Positions 13,521 to 26,789 of a DNA stretch of 64,000 nt are shown in pieces. A program made the translations under genes and the position numbers. The first letter of the stretch is position 1. Each line of letters opens with the position of its first letter. Under the pieces are notes generated by a model that saw only the letters and a list, made by a program, of their open reading frames with translations, was not told the DNA's origin and made no database searches. This stretch comes from Glycera tridactyla (taxonomy: Eukaryota), in NCBI GenBank assembly GCA_965644265.1, contig OZ286477.1:41292001-41356000 (forward strand), given 5' to 3'.

Positions 13521-14685
13521 ATCCGATTCTGAGTGCCAACCATGATCTCAATCTAATTCAAATCAAATTCCTGAAAAACTAAATGTCTTTTGGGAGGCTC
13601 CCATGGTCACAAAGACGATTCCCACCTGCTACTATCACCCTCAAACCATTTGAGAACACAGAGTGAAATCAAGCAAAGCGATGGTACTATATTGTGTCTA
13701 TCTACATAATGTAGAAATTGTGTCGATGGATGTTAACACATATCACATCCAACTTCATTATCAAAAAATCCCATGAGCATGTTTGTCCGCAACTGCAGTT
13801 ACCAACTAAGTAGTTCATTTATAAAAAAAATCCTGCTATCTCATTCAATTCACACTAGTCCATCAAATGAAACCATCACATCCCCTGATGATCAGATTGA
13901 AATTGGATGATATGAGGCTGAAGACAGGATAAAGCATATCAATCAGGCTTTTCAGTGTCGGCTACTTTCATTCGCAACCTTCAGGGTTCAGGGTTTGTGA
14001 GAGTGTTGTCAGCAAGGAACAGAACATCTTGCTTCAATCCGACAGGGACACACGACTCTGATTTCTTACATGCCTGACTGAGTCATTGCATTTCCACTGC
14101 CAACATTAACTGGTGGTCACTGCTTTCTTTAGTGCCAACTACAATATAGGCTCGGAGGATCCAAATACAATGAGAATAAATGAGCCAAAACTCTGATGAT
14201 GAGTGTTCAAAACGAATTTAGGTTTATTCGAGTTGATTGAAAGTGTGCTGTTGAGAAAAATCACAGATTAGACAAGATTGCTCCTGTAGTTGCATGGGTG
14301 GTTCAGGGTGTGAGCTATACAAAAATGATCGATTCGATGCCATGATGGTGAGGGAACAAACTGATTTGCGAATGTTCTACCAGCCTGAATCGCATCAATT
14401 CTGCAGCAATGTTTGGGAGACAGCCATCTGGCCTCAGGAAGGCTATCTTGGAGGAAGAAGTGAAAGGGGCTGGATATGGTAAAGATGATTCCATGAGACA
14501 ATTGAATATGTAGATATGTTCTTGACAAAAATGTATATGACTGCAATATCGAGCATGGAAATCTATGAGCTGGTGAACAAATTCATGTACCGACGATCTA
14601 AGAATCATTACATCAATATATGATCAACTGGTTGAGGTCATCGATGAGTACTAAAAGCTGCTGCAGACTGGTTCAGGTCAAGGGA

Positions 14686-14792
14686 AAATGAAATGAAATG
14701 TTGAGGTTTCAGGTCCACTTTCCGCACTTGAGTAGGCTAAATCAGACCCATTGCACGCCGGCTCAGCACTCCACCACTGAGCCACCAAAGCA
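14686..14792 (-). mobile_element. Internally deleted SINE-like remnant
   Basis: Minus strand begins ggtggctcagtggtggagtgc (Pol III A-box-like) and ends in a (cattt)n tail. No clear B-box. Confidence 0.4.
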
Positions 14793-16930
14793 CGCTTATC
14801 ATTTATCTCCATTTACAATGATAATTTATGACAACATACCACCATGTCAAAACTTATAATCAATCACAGACAGAGCAGTCAACTTCTATCCAGGAGGGAG
14901 ATAAATGGCCAAGAACATAATTCCGAAATTACGCCCATTCAGTTTGATGACTTTTTTTCTGGTCTGCATCGGCTTCAAAGGCTTCAAAATCTTTATTTTG
15001 GAGATGAGAATATATCCTCATTTCCGTTCCAAAGCATACATCACATCACGTAGTACCACCAACATATTCATAATGGCAGTAGAAGGCACCATGCGGATTG
15101 ACATGCATGAAATTTTGTACTTGTATTTTTGAAGATTGGTTGTGAGAAAATCACGAAATTATCGCCATACACATGAAGAAATCATCTTCAGCTCTACCAA
15201 TTCTCTGGGATACAAGCAATACAAGAGTGACATCAGTTTGGAGTTAAACATCCCTCAGCAAAGCTGATCCGCACGTGACTAGACACGTAAATGGCTACCA
15301 AATTGCCATTGACAATCGAGGACTTTCATTTTTATTACAAGATGTTGGAATATCTAGCAGTATATGGAAAGAGTAACAATAGCTTAACGTAGAAGGGTGG
15401 AATTCATAGGCGTTCATTAGGCTTCAAAATATTCATTAAGGAGATGAGATTTGATATCATATTCCCATCAAATTACTGATACATGAGAACATATAATGCT
15501 AGAACAATACCAATATTCAGATACAACCAAGTCATGATATTCTGGATGATATATGAATTGAGTCTCCTGACCAAAGTTTATGTTGATTATGTGGATCTCT
15601 TTTTGTCTGACTCCAGTTTACTCATCACTGATTCAAGTTTGATTGTGAAATTTGTATTTGCTGATCTTATCCTGAATGAAACAGCTGAGAAATACAGCGA
15701 CGAATAAATGATAATATGGTTCACAAAATGATGCTATTACAGCCAAAGTAAATACTTTCCCATAGCTGCTGACCTCTGGGAAGAATAATCACTGCTTCAG
15801 GTAAGAAGCTGCAACCACTTACTTAAAGCTTTGATCAATGACTGTGAGATACTTTGTGAATGTTTGAAGAGGGCTCTGTCTACTGTTGCTGGAATTTCAA
15901 TTCTCAAAGTAGCCAACCCCATGATTGACTGTGATATCTTCAAGTAGGGCTGGTATCGGAGTGTTATTTCATCAGATACAATATGCAGACCTGGATAGAT
16001 TGATAAATGTTTGAACCTTTCTTCAACAGTGAGGCAAATGTGCAGTATCTGCATTTCTGAGTCCGAGTGGTTTACTGAGGGTATACATCAATACTATAGT
16101 ATCTTTATCCATACTCGGAACGAGACATAGAAAAGAACATATGAACAACATGGCATCAGCTCAGTGAAGGTGAGTGAGCCTTTTTCTGCAAGCTCGACTA
16201 GGTCTCATTCTCAGACCTCATAAAATTCAGGTTCATTATGTTGTGTAGTTGGAGGTGTGTCTCAACTGTCAGCATTCTGGTTAACAATCAGCTTGTGTTC
16301 CGGATTTGAGCAAGTGATGCCGGTAAGGGATAGAAGCTCGAGCTTTCATGAGCCAGGAAAACACAGCATTCATATTCATTTCGGTTGAAAAATAAACATT
16401 GACCAATCAATCAATCTACCGAGAAAAGTTGTAGATAGATCAGGCGAAAGAAAGCCACGTTGTGATAGCTGCGAAACAACACTCCATCTGACGTACAGAT
16501 ATCATAATATCAAGGAAGCCAATCACATCACACTCAACAAATGAAACCAGGTGAGCAGCTATGATAACCTAACCTAGTGCATGATAGCTGTGAAAAAAAC
16601 AGCGGATATCGGCAGCATATTGTGAAAGAAAGGCATCACATCACATCAAAGATTAAAACCATCATGTCATCTCTTCCATTTTTTTTATTGGACCGATGCA
16701 ATTTCTCAAACTGATTCTATAAGTGGACCAGACTATCAGATCATTCATCCATGATTTTTTTGCATTGAATTCGAGTTTGCTAAAGGTCAACTCATCTAAA
16801 AGTCATGGGTTGCCAATGTCAATTTTGTCGGCTTATGAGAGCAACATGACCAGACTGGGAAGCAATTCAGTCATGGTACATAGTCGACCCCTCTCTTTAG
16901 TTCATTACTCTACATTTGCCCTGAGCTCAT

Positions 16931-17440
16931 CATAGTCATTTGCAGCTCAGCTGCCAGGCTGAACAGACCATTCAAATTGAATATTGATTTCATAGCTACC
17001 TTCATTTCTGTTAAACATGATGGTATCGGTTTTCTCACTCAGTCTGGGATCGCTCCAGTATATAATCTTTGGGCACCTGAGTTAGTGAGCGCATCATACA
17101 TAGCTCCTTCAAATCTATCAATATTACGGGATATTTGTGTGGAATCGTGATGAATTTGACTGGTACATCTCCGGTTAGTCATCATCATAGTCATATACAG
17201 CTCAGCTGCCAGGCTAAGCGGACTATGCAAATTGAATATTGATTGCATAGCTACCTTCACTTCTGTTAGGCATAATGGTTTCGGTTCTCTCAGTCGGTCT
17301 GGGATCTTTGAGCACCTCAGTCAGTGAGCGTACCATACATGGTTCATCCAAATCCATCAATATTACGGTATATCTGTTTGGAATCTCAATTGATTTGACC
17401 AGTATATCTCTGGTTAGTCACTGCAATGATGCCCGCCTTC
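16931..17440. repeat. 255 bp tandem duplication, unit A only
   Basis: catagtcat...cagctcagctgccaggct occurs at 16931/16943 and again at 17186/17198. Single copy in B (~45226-45460). Confidence 0.9.
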
Positions 17441-17880
17441 GAACCACTCACGATCAGTTGACATGTGTCATCCATCATGAGATGAGCGAGTCCAGCATCC
17501 GTCCTATGAAGACAAAAATGAACTGCCTCGTAAAGTCAACCTTACAGTTCCTAAACAATTGATTCAGTCTCTCTGTTGAGAAATATCTAGAGAAGATAAT
17601 CGAGAGGAGATGGGAACATATATTTTCCAAGATCACCCAACGCTCTGGAAATTGTTGGCATTCATGGAGAAAGATCCTGATTTGATTATATGCATTGTAC
17701 ATTTCCTCATGACATGACCACCACGTCTATCAACCATGCAGTTTTCGAGCATCACCATACAATTCTCAATCATTCGGAATTATTCTGGAATAGTTGTAAA
17801 AGGAATTCTATCCATCTTGAAAAAGGCGAATGAATAGGCAATAGAAGTAAGATGAACTACAGATCAAGGCATTTTGAACA

Positions 17881-17885
<5 letters not shown>

Positions 17886-17972
<87 letters not shown>

Positions 17973-18156
17973 TGAGCAGCAACACACAGGTTCATTTGTC
18001 AGGAGAGAGATAGAGAGGGAGGGGGAGTGAGAGGGGAAGAGAGACGCACATCCAGGATCTGCTGTTTATGAGATCCTCGCTGATGTGATGAGCCAATGCT
18101 TCATCAGGAGCAGTATACATGCTCATTCGTCACGTAAGGGAGAATGAGGGAAGAGG

Positions 18157-18226
<70 letters not shown>
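17886..18226. repeat. Two (GA)n microsatellites (~17886-17963 and ~18160-18225)
   Basis: Perfect GA runs separated by a GA-rich spacer. Confidence 0.95.
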
Positions 18227-18227
<1 letters not shown>

Positions 18228-21099
18228 CGAGATAGAGTTGGAGGGAGGGGAGAGTGGGAGAGAGGGGACTCATCCAGGATCAGTGGTTAATGAAGAGAAG
18301 GGGAGACCCCATTCAGGATCAGCTATTCACATATTCCCCGCGGATTTAGTGAACAAATGTTTAATCAGCAGCTACCTACATGCCCATATGACAGAAGACT
18401 ACCTTTTCAAATTTCTGCAATATTCATGGCAAATGCCTCCACCCAACCTGGCTCACCAACTCCCTGTTTTTCCCCATATCCACTCTTTTCCTCTCTGGTG
18501 CTATTCCCCCCTCTCCCTTCTCTTGCTTCCTGTCCTTATCCCTTCTTTCTCACCCTCAATTTTAGTGGCCATTGTCTGTGTTTTTTCTCTCCACTCTACC
18601 TCCACCCTACCCAATATTTCCCTCCCCATGTCACTCCCTCAGTCTATTGCTCTCATCTATCTCACTCCTATTCTTCTCTCTTCCTTGCTTTCTCTTGTTG
18701 CATCACCGATCGCCTCTATTCTTTTCTGATATCCATCGTCTCTACTGCCATTTATTTTTCTCTCCCAGTGTCTCCATCTATCTTTAGCTCTCCTTTAGCT
18801 CACCATTCTTCATCCGCGCTACCTCCCACATCACTGCCTGCAACCAATGCTCTTGATACTAGTCACATTTTTCTAAGAATATCAGCACACTGAGGCATTT
18901 TAAATCGTAAAGACATTTGTTTTAGGCTTTGGGATTAATTATCACTCATTCACCTGTCAAAAGAGTCTCCTATCGCATCAAATAAGCAGCGAAAGAGGTC
19001 CTTGCCTAACTTCCATCCAATGAAACCACTGTAATGACTGGGTGGGCACGATACAGCAACCAGTAACCAGCTTGTAACAGGTCAGCCCTCAGAAAGATTA
19101 CACTGAAAACCTGGGAAGCAATTGCTTCTATTGGTCTGATGCAATATGACATGGTCTGAAAATATGGGGGAGTCTGCCAAAGCGCTCAATTAGAACGTGG
19201 CGAGAGTCAGATCAGCATTTGAGATTAATGAGATCGAATGAAAAAAGAGCATGTGCATGTTTGCACGCCTATGTGGTGGTAAAGACTTGGTTGTCAAGGT
19301 TGTGTTGGCGATGATGGGAAATCAGTCAGCAAATCAAATTGTTAGTAATGAAATGTTTTCTTTATTTCGCAGGTGAGAAAGATCATGATCTACTGACCTG
19401 GTGAGAATGGGATACTGAGCACGACGCATTGATGGTTATCTCATTATATTGACCAGCCACCTCTCTCAGAGAGTACATAAAACATAAAATGATTGAATAT
19501 TTGGAAGAAGAATAGGACATGGTTTCATCAGCCCATGGTTGCAAATTCGAGAGCGAAATGCATTAGTGTATACTGCTCACTGGGGTGTTGCCCTTGTCAC
19601 ATGATGCTTGCATGCCATCCTTAATCCGGCGTATAGCAATCGAGGTCAAAGGTCCGTTGACAGTGCCTTATCATTCAAAACAACATGCCAACGATAGAAA
19701 CGTCGCAGGATCCAGCATTATCGGCGGGATTATCAAACGTTGAAGCTTCAAAACATTGATTCCATTACAGGAAAATCAAATATCAGATGATGAGTATAAA
19801 ATGCCACTCGGGCTGGTCATGAACAGGCCGTTTCAGCATTCTTATCTGGCCACCCAGGCCTTCCTGAGGCAGGATACTTGGCAGGTTTGGCCTGTTCATC
19901 CTGGCATTTGGGGCACTCTTTATAAACAAAGGTACAATGGTATGTGATTCGTCACATTTCTTATATATGACAGTCTTGTTTGCACTGTCACTATGTCTAG
20001 AGAGGACACTAGCTAAGATTGAAACATCTCGAGCGGGATATCCAAAATGTCTATCCAAGAATAAAAATAATGCATTTAATATTGGTGGATGGTACTTACA
20101 TAATCGATTATTAGATTGATACGGGATGGTGAAGTTACCGAGCATGTACCTGAAAACCTGCTCGGATTGGCGATTGAGCCCTAATTTGTCTAATATTATG
20201 ATGTGCAGTGAAACAAAACGTCTTGAAATGTTAAACCCATGAAGACTGCACATTCTCAAGATGGTTCATATATGCTGTGTAGTGAGGTATATTTGTGATA
20301 CATGCTAGCACTGCATGTCTTCAACGCTAGTTGAAAAGAAGGTGAATGAGTCTTTTCATCATGCATCATACCTGGCCAATGTATCTTCTCTCATCGCTGG
20401 TTCTGTGTGACGTATGATAAGATCTCTTGTGATTCTCCTCAAATAAGTATTCCAAATCTCCATATCAGGTTCAATATTATGCTGAGTACATATGTACGTA
20501 TTTCTCGACTCTGCGACACTTTCATTCACTTTTCTTCAGAGTCCGAGCCTATACAATGGAAACTGGGAGACTCAACACAATACATTCATGATTCTATGTG
20601 GTGTGGACTACTTCTAACAGACATCATTAGTAGGCCCTGCAAGGTCTGTAAATTCTCTTTCGACAAACCAGCAATCACAATCCCGGATGCTTGATATATA
20701 AGATCATGGGGCAATATCGTGTGGCCATCTCTTGACATGTTTGTAATGAGATTTCTGCTCTATGAGAAGGCAAATGAGAAGGTCAAACGAGCCTCAGATG
20801 AATGTCTCCTCCCCGATGAATATTTAGGTTGTCAATAGACTTTTCCCTCCTACAAGGTACTGCCACAGATGATTACAACCTGAGATAAAACACGGCCTCT
20901 AATCATACTTTGTTTGTCTCTGCTGAGCTATATCCACTGATTTATCATGTCTACAGCTATTCACAGAGACATGAATGATGCTATTGTACATTTGTTGGTC
21001 GACTCCGGATGAAGCATATGTAGGGATGTGAAAATGTGTCTGTATATGTGTTCATGTGTATATATGGAGATTGAATAACTGGCCAAAACCGACAGTCAT

Positions 21100-21470
21100 A
21101 CACAGATTATATCGACTAATGTCATTGTTGATCTCAACAATCAGAATTATGGATAACGACCATCTGGAAATGTGGATCTTGATAGTTGCATTTGGCGGGA
21201 TTGACAATCTCATTTGTCGAGATCGACAATTGCATTCATCGAGATCGACAATTGCCTTTGTCGAGATCGACAATTGGATGATGATATGTCTATATCAATA
21301 ACTGAAATGTCGATAACGATAAATCGTTGATCGATCTTCACGATTGATATCGTGGATCTCATAGATGACAGTGAATTTCGACGTCTTGATACATGGATAT
21401 CAAGATGTGTTAAGTATTTGTCATTCTCCTTGAATGGATTGTCGATCTTGACAATTGCATTTATGGTGAT
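21100..21470. repeat. Degenerate 21 bp minisatellite (gtcgagatcgacaattgcatt)
   Basis: Three near-perfect copies at ~21207-21270 with decayed copies on both sides. Absent at the matching site in B (~47290-47340). Confidence 0.8.
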
Positions 21471-24400
21471 CCATAGATATGGAATGAAGTCCCTAATGGC
21501 GTTCCATAAGACATATAGACGCACCAATGGACATACACACAGCCAGACAGACAGATAGACTGACATACAGACACAGACACACAGCCATACAGGCAGGCAG
21601 GCAGAAAAACAGACAGACAGACGATGAGTCAGTCATCTGTACGGCAGAAGTGAACATACATAGGAGGAGTGAGTAAAAAAGGATGATATGCAGGATATGG
21701 AGTATAGGTACTTCTCACGATGTATACTGCAGCACGTCAATCACAATGGACCCAACATAATATCATAAATTGTGCCTGTATGATCTGTGACAGATAATGA
21801 TGATTGTGTCTTGTTCATCTTCCAGATCGACAGCCTAAACAATGGACGCCTATAACAAGTGTCCCCATCTGTATTATTTTCCATGCTCTTGTGAATCACC
21901 AGTGGTTGTTGATGTTCTTTGAGGTCTGATGATTATAGATCTCATCAGAGACTGACTGTTGCAACGCTCCGACATGATGTGGGAGCAGAAGACTTAATCA
22001 CGTGAGGAACCCATGATCTGAAGTATTAGGTGTTGGGTTTGGACCTCCGCTTACTCTTTGGCTGGTTTTCGAAAACAGAGCCATGTATCGAAATAGAAAT
22101 TGGAAAAATGAAACAGAACAGGGTTTTTATTCTAGGATCCTAGGATCGATTTTCTGCATTTTTTTTCAAAATTCTTGATAGGTTCTTACAGATTCCTATG
22201 TGATTGTGATCAAAGAATTGAGGAGAACGTAGTCTCACTAGGACGTGAAGATGTAATTTTGAAGTAGGGTGGGTAGCCAAATCACTAGCACTTGTACATG
22301 AAAAGATTCAAGAGGTTCGTAGTTGTATAATTGATGTGAGTTCCGTAATAAGCCATCATGCATGTACACAGGGGGTCAGGGAACATGCGAACAGCCCAAT
22401 GGCTTCCTAATCAGCTTCAAGTTCCAACACGTTGAGGATGACTCGAAGAAACAATCCTCGCTTTATGAATTCATGGTATATTGGACCACTACCTATAACA
22501 CAAGTAGCAAAGTTCCATGATGCCCATCCGCTGAGATTCAGGAGGGGTAGAATATTGGTGGTTCGATATAGCCCTAGACTCTCTTCTCTTTTCTAAACGT
22601 TCGTCTCTCATCCCATATTCTCACCAGTTTTGACCTTTGGTTCATATACACAACATTGGTTGATCTCTCAATATCATAATCATTGCCAGAGTCCATTCAA
22701 CTTTGGAGGAGATGGAAATCCCTTCCATATACTTGGTCTCTCCCATTAGTGAGTGACTCTAATCTCGAAGATCTGCTCGTTGCTATATTACCTTTCCCTT
22801 TCATGACATCTTTCATGGCAATTTCCATCTGATCTTTTTTGTTTGACAAGAACAGAAATTAACTGATCGATGCAGTAATGTCCTGTACTAGCGTAGACCA
22901 TATATAATCTAGCAGCATTTCTTTCAAGCGATATATCTTTTTTTAGTTGCCATGGCAACAGATCAGAGATGATAGGCGCGGACCTAATGCGAGCTTCAGG
23001 ATTTGGTAAGATACATGTCCTTCAGGATGATGCATGATCTCAAAAATTTCATCCAGAACTTCGGGACACATATCATAATGCATCTATGAACAGACATAAC
23101 TGCCTCCAGTTTTCGAGCCGATGTATCGGTTGGCAAAAATTCCAGTCTACTGTCCCACTTTTTTTGTGATCATAGTCACTCACTTCACGGCGGATGTGCA
23201 GGTCTATTGCTCTCCAACATATATGATGTGCCCTCTTTCACTCCGAGTGCACTCCATTTTGATGGAAGATTCCAAGTACTGTCAATCGAAGTTAATTCCT
23301 ATCCTCCTCATCAAATGATTTGTATTTCAACAGGAGATACTGAGTGCTGTCGAATATACTACTTGGGGAAACTATGTCACCATAACTGCTGTAGTGCAGG
23401 ATCAAAATATTTGTTTTCACAATCTTGAAGTCATAATGAGGCCGCTTTAGACCGAATGGGGAATGGATCAATTCTTGCAATGATTCAACTCCATCTAAGT
23501 ACATGGAAATTCAATATCGCATGGCTGATATATTTTCTTTCATTTGTCCACCTGCTCCTTTGGGAGGTCTTGTTGCCATATTGTTCAGCCCTCCATGACA
23601 TCCAGTGAATGATTTCTGCGGCTGATGAGATGAAAGCGATTGTGGAAAATATAGGATGAGCTGTGTTTGAATATCCTCTCTACGAACTTAATGAATGAGG
23701 AGAGTAATTCCGATAGCAGTGTATTCAATCATTTGCCAAAAATATTGTACATATGCTGGGAGGTTACCAAGCATCCAAGCATACATCACTAGGTCTACCA
23801 ATCCTTCTGGCCTATATCTGCCAAGTGTACAGTCGATCCCTAACACTTCTGGCTACTTTATTGTCCCTCAGCCTACTCACCATATCCGAGACACCCGGCC
23901 TGATCAGTTGTCAGGATAACCTCTCCTAAATCTGTTGTAAATTATAAATCTGTTTGCAAGTGGTCGTTCCGGTTGTTCTGATCATTACTTCTTGGACATG
24001 GTTTGATTTCTCGTGAATGAATGTTCTCTGATCTGTGGAGTATGAACAGATCATGAACATTTCAAAATATCTCGCTCAGACACCAATGATTGGTGATTTT
24101 TTTGCCAAACCTGATTATGATGAAACGCATTTCAATGGTTAAGACTAGGAGAAAATTTGCCAATAGCCACCATTTCTGACGAGATTCATATAAATCCATA
24201 TGCCATAACATTGGGAATCTGAACTGAACATCAGGTCCGAAGGGAGCGTTTAGTAAGTACAGAATGTCCCTGGTGCTTGGTACAATGAGAGCGTATCTAT
24301 CTCATAGTTGGGCCCGGCCACCCGTGTGTCTCTGCAGCCCTGCTGCTCAATGTGTGCGCTCTTACCGTATGTGGCACTCCGGATATTCTATATAATCAAG

Positions 24401-25563
24401 AATAATCAATCAACGATTCAATGTATCAAATTAGGGCAATTTCTTCAGCTTGTTGGGTGATGATCGAAATTATCTGACTGGAAACCAGCCCCCCCCCCCT
24501 CTCTCTCTGCTGGGGTTGATTGTATCGTTGCATCTATGTATACCTTAATCTAGACGGTAGATTGGTAGCGATTGTATATTGACAGTATTCTGAACAGACA
24601 CACGGGTTATGAGGTGACTCCAGATGTGCTGGTGACAAGCAGAATCCCGTCTGTGTCCGGTATGGACTACACTGCTGTCATTCTCAATACAACTCGAGGA
24701 TATCAGGTTCGGCTGCCACTTCCATTACTTGCCCATGTCATATACGGGAGGATACAATATCATGATCTTTGAAATATTGTTCTCTGTCCGCCGGAAAACC
24801 ATCGACTCAGGGTGACGATTCATATCTCATCTATTCTGTTTGTCCGTTTGTCGGATCATATGTCTGTCTGTCCGTCTGTTCATCCATCTTTTTGTCTGTC
24901 CATTCGTCTGCCTGTCTGTCCATCCATATTTCTGTCTGCCTCTCTGCCTATCAGTTTGCCTTTCTGCCTATCAGTCTGCTTGCCTTTCAGTCTGCCGGTT
25001 TATCCATTCCATTCATCCCACCAATTCACCCACTCATACAAGTCTTCCCTCATCAATATTTCCATCCATTCTATCATCAATACATCCATCTGATCAGGCA
25101 CCTATCCATGTATCCCTAGTCCCCAATCAATCTAATTGTTTATCCATTCTCAGCCTCATAGTTTCAGCTTGATGGTGGATGAATGAGGATACTTCCGCCT
25201 GGTGCCATTCAGGCATTTCACAAATGATCTCCAGATTGCTATTGCAAGACTAGTTTGGTATCACGTTTTTACCTCATGGTCATATAGTCTTGCTTTTATC
25301 ACATGGATTAGGCGAGAAATCATCAAAAATTATTTCTCACCCAGCTGTGAAGTATCATGCCCAATACACAACGCCTGATACTTCACTGAAAATGGCACAT
25401 CCATGTGACGAAACCTAGTTCTTTTGATTCTGATTCGGATTAGTTACCCCCTTACTGATGTTACAGCATCTGGTTCTTACTTACTGGCACCCACATTTGG
25501 TTACACCACCTCCTCGACCTGTGACCCAGGTTTGATCTCCACCTCCACAAGTAGCTGTAGTGG

Positions 25564-25729
25564 NNNNNNNNNNNNNNNNNNNNNNNNNNNNNNNNNNNNN
25601 NNNNNNNNNNNNNNNNNNNNNNNNNNNNNNNNNNNNNNNNNNNNNNNNNNNNNNNNNNNNNNNNNNNNNNNNNNNNNNNNNNNNNNNNNNNNNNNNNNNN
25701 NNNNNNNNNNNNNNNNNNNNNNNNNNNNN
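25564..25729. other. Assembly gap (N)
   Basis: N run at the position of the (AGT)n tract of unit B. Confidence 1.
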
Positions 25730-26789
25730 GACAATCCATTATCAAAGAGAAATTCACTCGTCATCACCCAAGCCTCCAATCTATGTCGTGCTTGTGATGT
25801 TGTAAACACATAGATCATCATTAGCAGCATAATTCAATGAACACATGAGCCCTCATCATATCACTAGCATAGATATTAGACGCACCAGGTGGTGAGAGAG
25901 AAATTAAAGAAAGACGTTAGGTGTCTTGCACATCCGTTTGAACATGAGGTGCATGCCCATCCATGGAGCCCTCAACCTATATCATCCTTCATCATTATAT
26001 TGTAATAAATAACCTTTCTCAAAGAAATGAATGTTCACAGGCAAATACTCCATGTAATGATTAGCCGGCAATGACATGATTTTGAGAAGGAGATAGACAC
26101 ATTCTCCTGTGGAGATGGGGTTTCCCATTTTGAAGCATAATGCGGGAAATATGGTAGCAATGATGATGATTTCAGTGCAAATTAGAGAATCCATCAGCTA
26201 ATTCTGTACCAGTTCTAATCATGCATACAGGGGTTGTTTTTGAAATTTTGTGACTCATCAATTCGGATATATCATATCGATTGCCACAGATCACTTGGAA
26301 TCATCTTTTGCCAATATATTGAACTATCCCGATGGAAACATCTGGAGATGATTACTGTATTCCCAAATAGTTCCTCATATCTACCCCACAGTGTTCAGTC
26401 ATTCTCTTACAATAGTTTTTTTTTTCTGAGTTCATAGCATGCCACCCCTCTTCCGATATAATCTTTTCTGATCGATGTCGATGCTACATCTTCGAGTCCA
26501 ACATCTGAATTGGGATACCATTTTCTCCACTGATCCAGATTGTACTGACATACCATTTTCTTCACTGAACCGTCTACATTCCCCAGTAAAACATGGTTCT
26601 ATCTCTGACAATTGTAGCATGTCGCTTGCTGTATCAACACTTAATTGTTGAATTCTATCATTCATACTCAGTGATTTATATCACAACCATATCTGTCTTA
26701 TCCATGCCCAGAAATCATCATCTCACTCACTCACCTGTACTATGATACATGCCCTATTCATTCCAAAAATCATAATCCCAAAAGTTGTT

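Noticed and set aside
18238-18893. Long plus-strand ORFs (163 and 178 aa)
   Set aside because: They derive from a CT-rich low-complexity tract with few stops and have no recognisable motifs.
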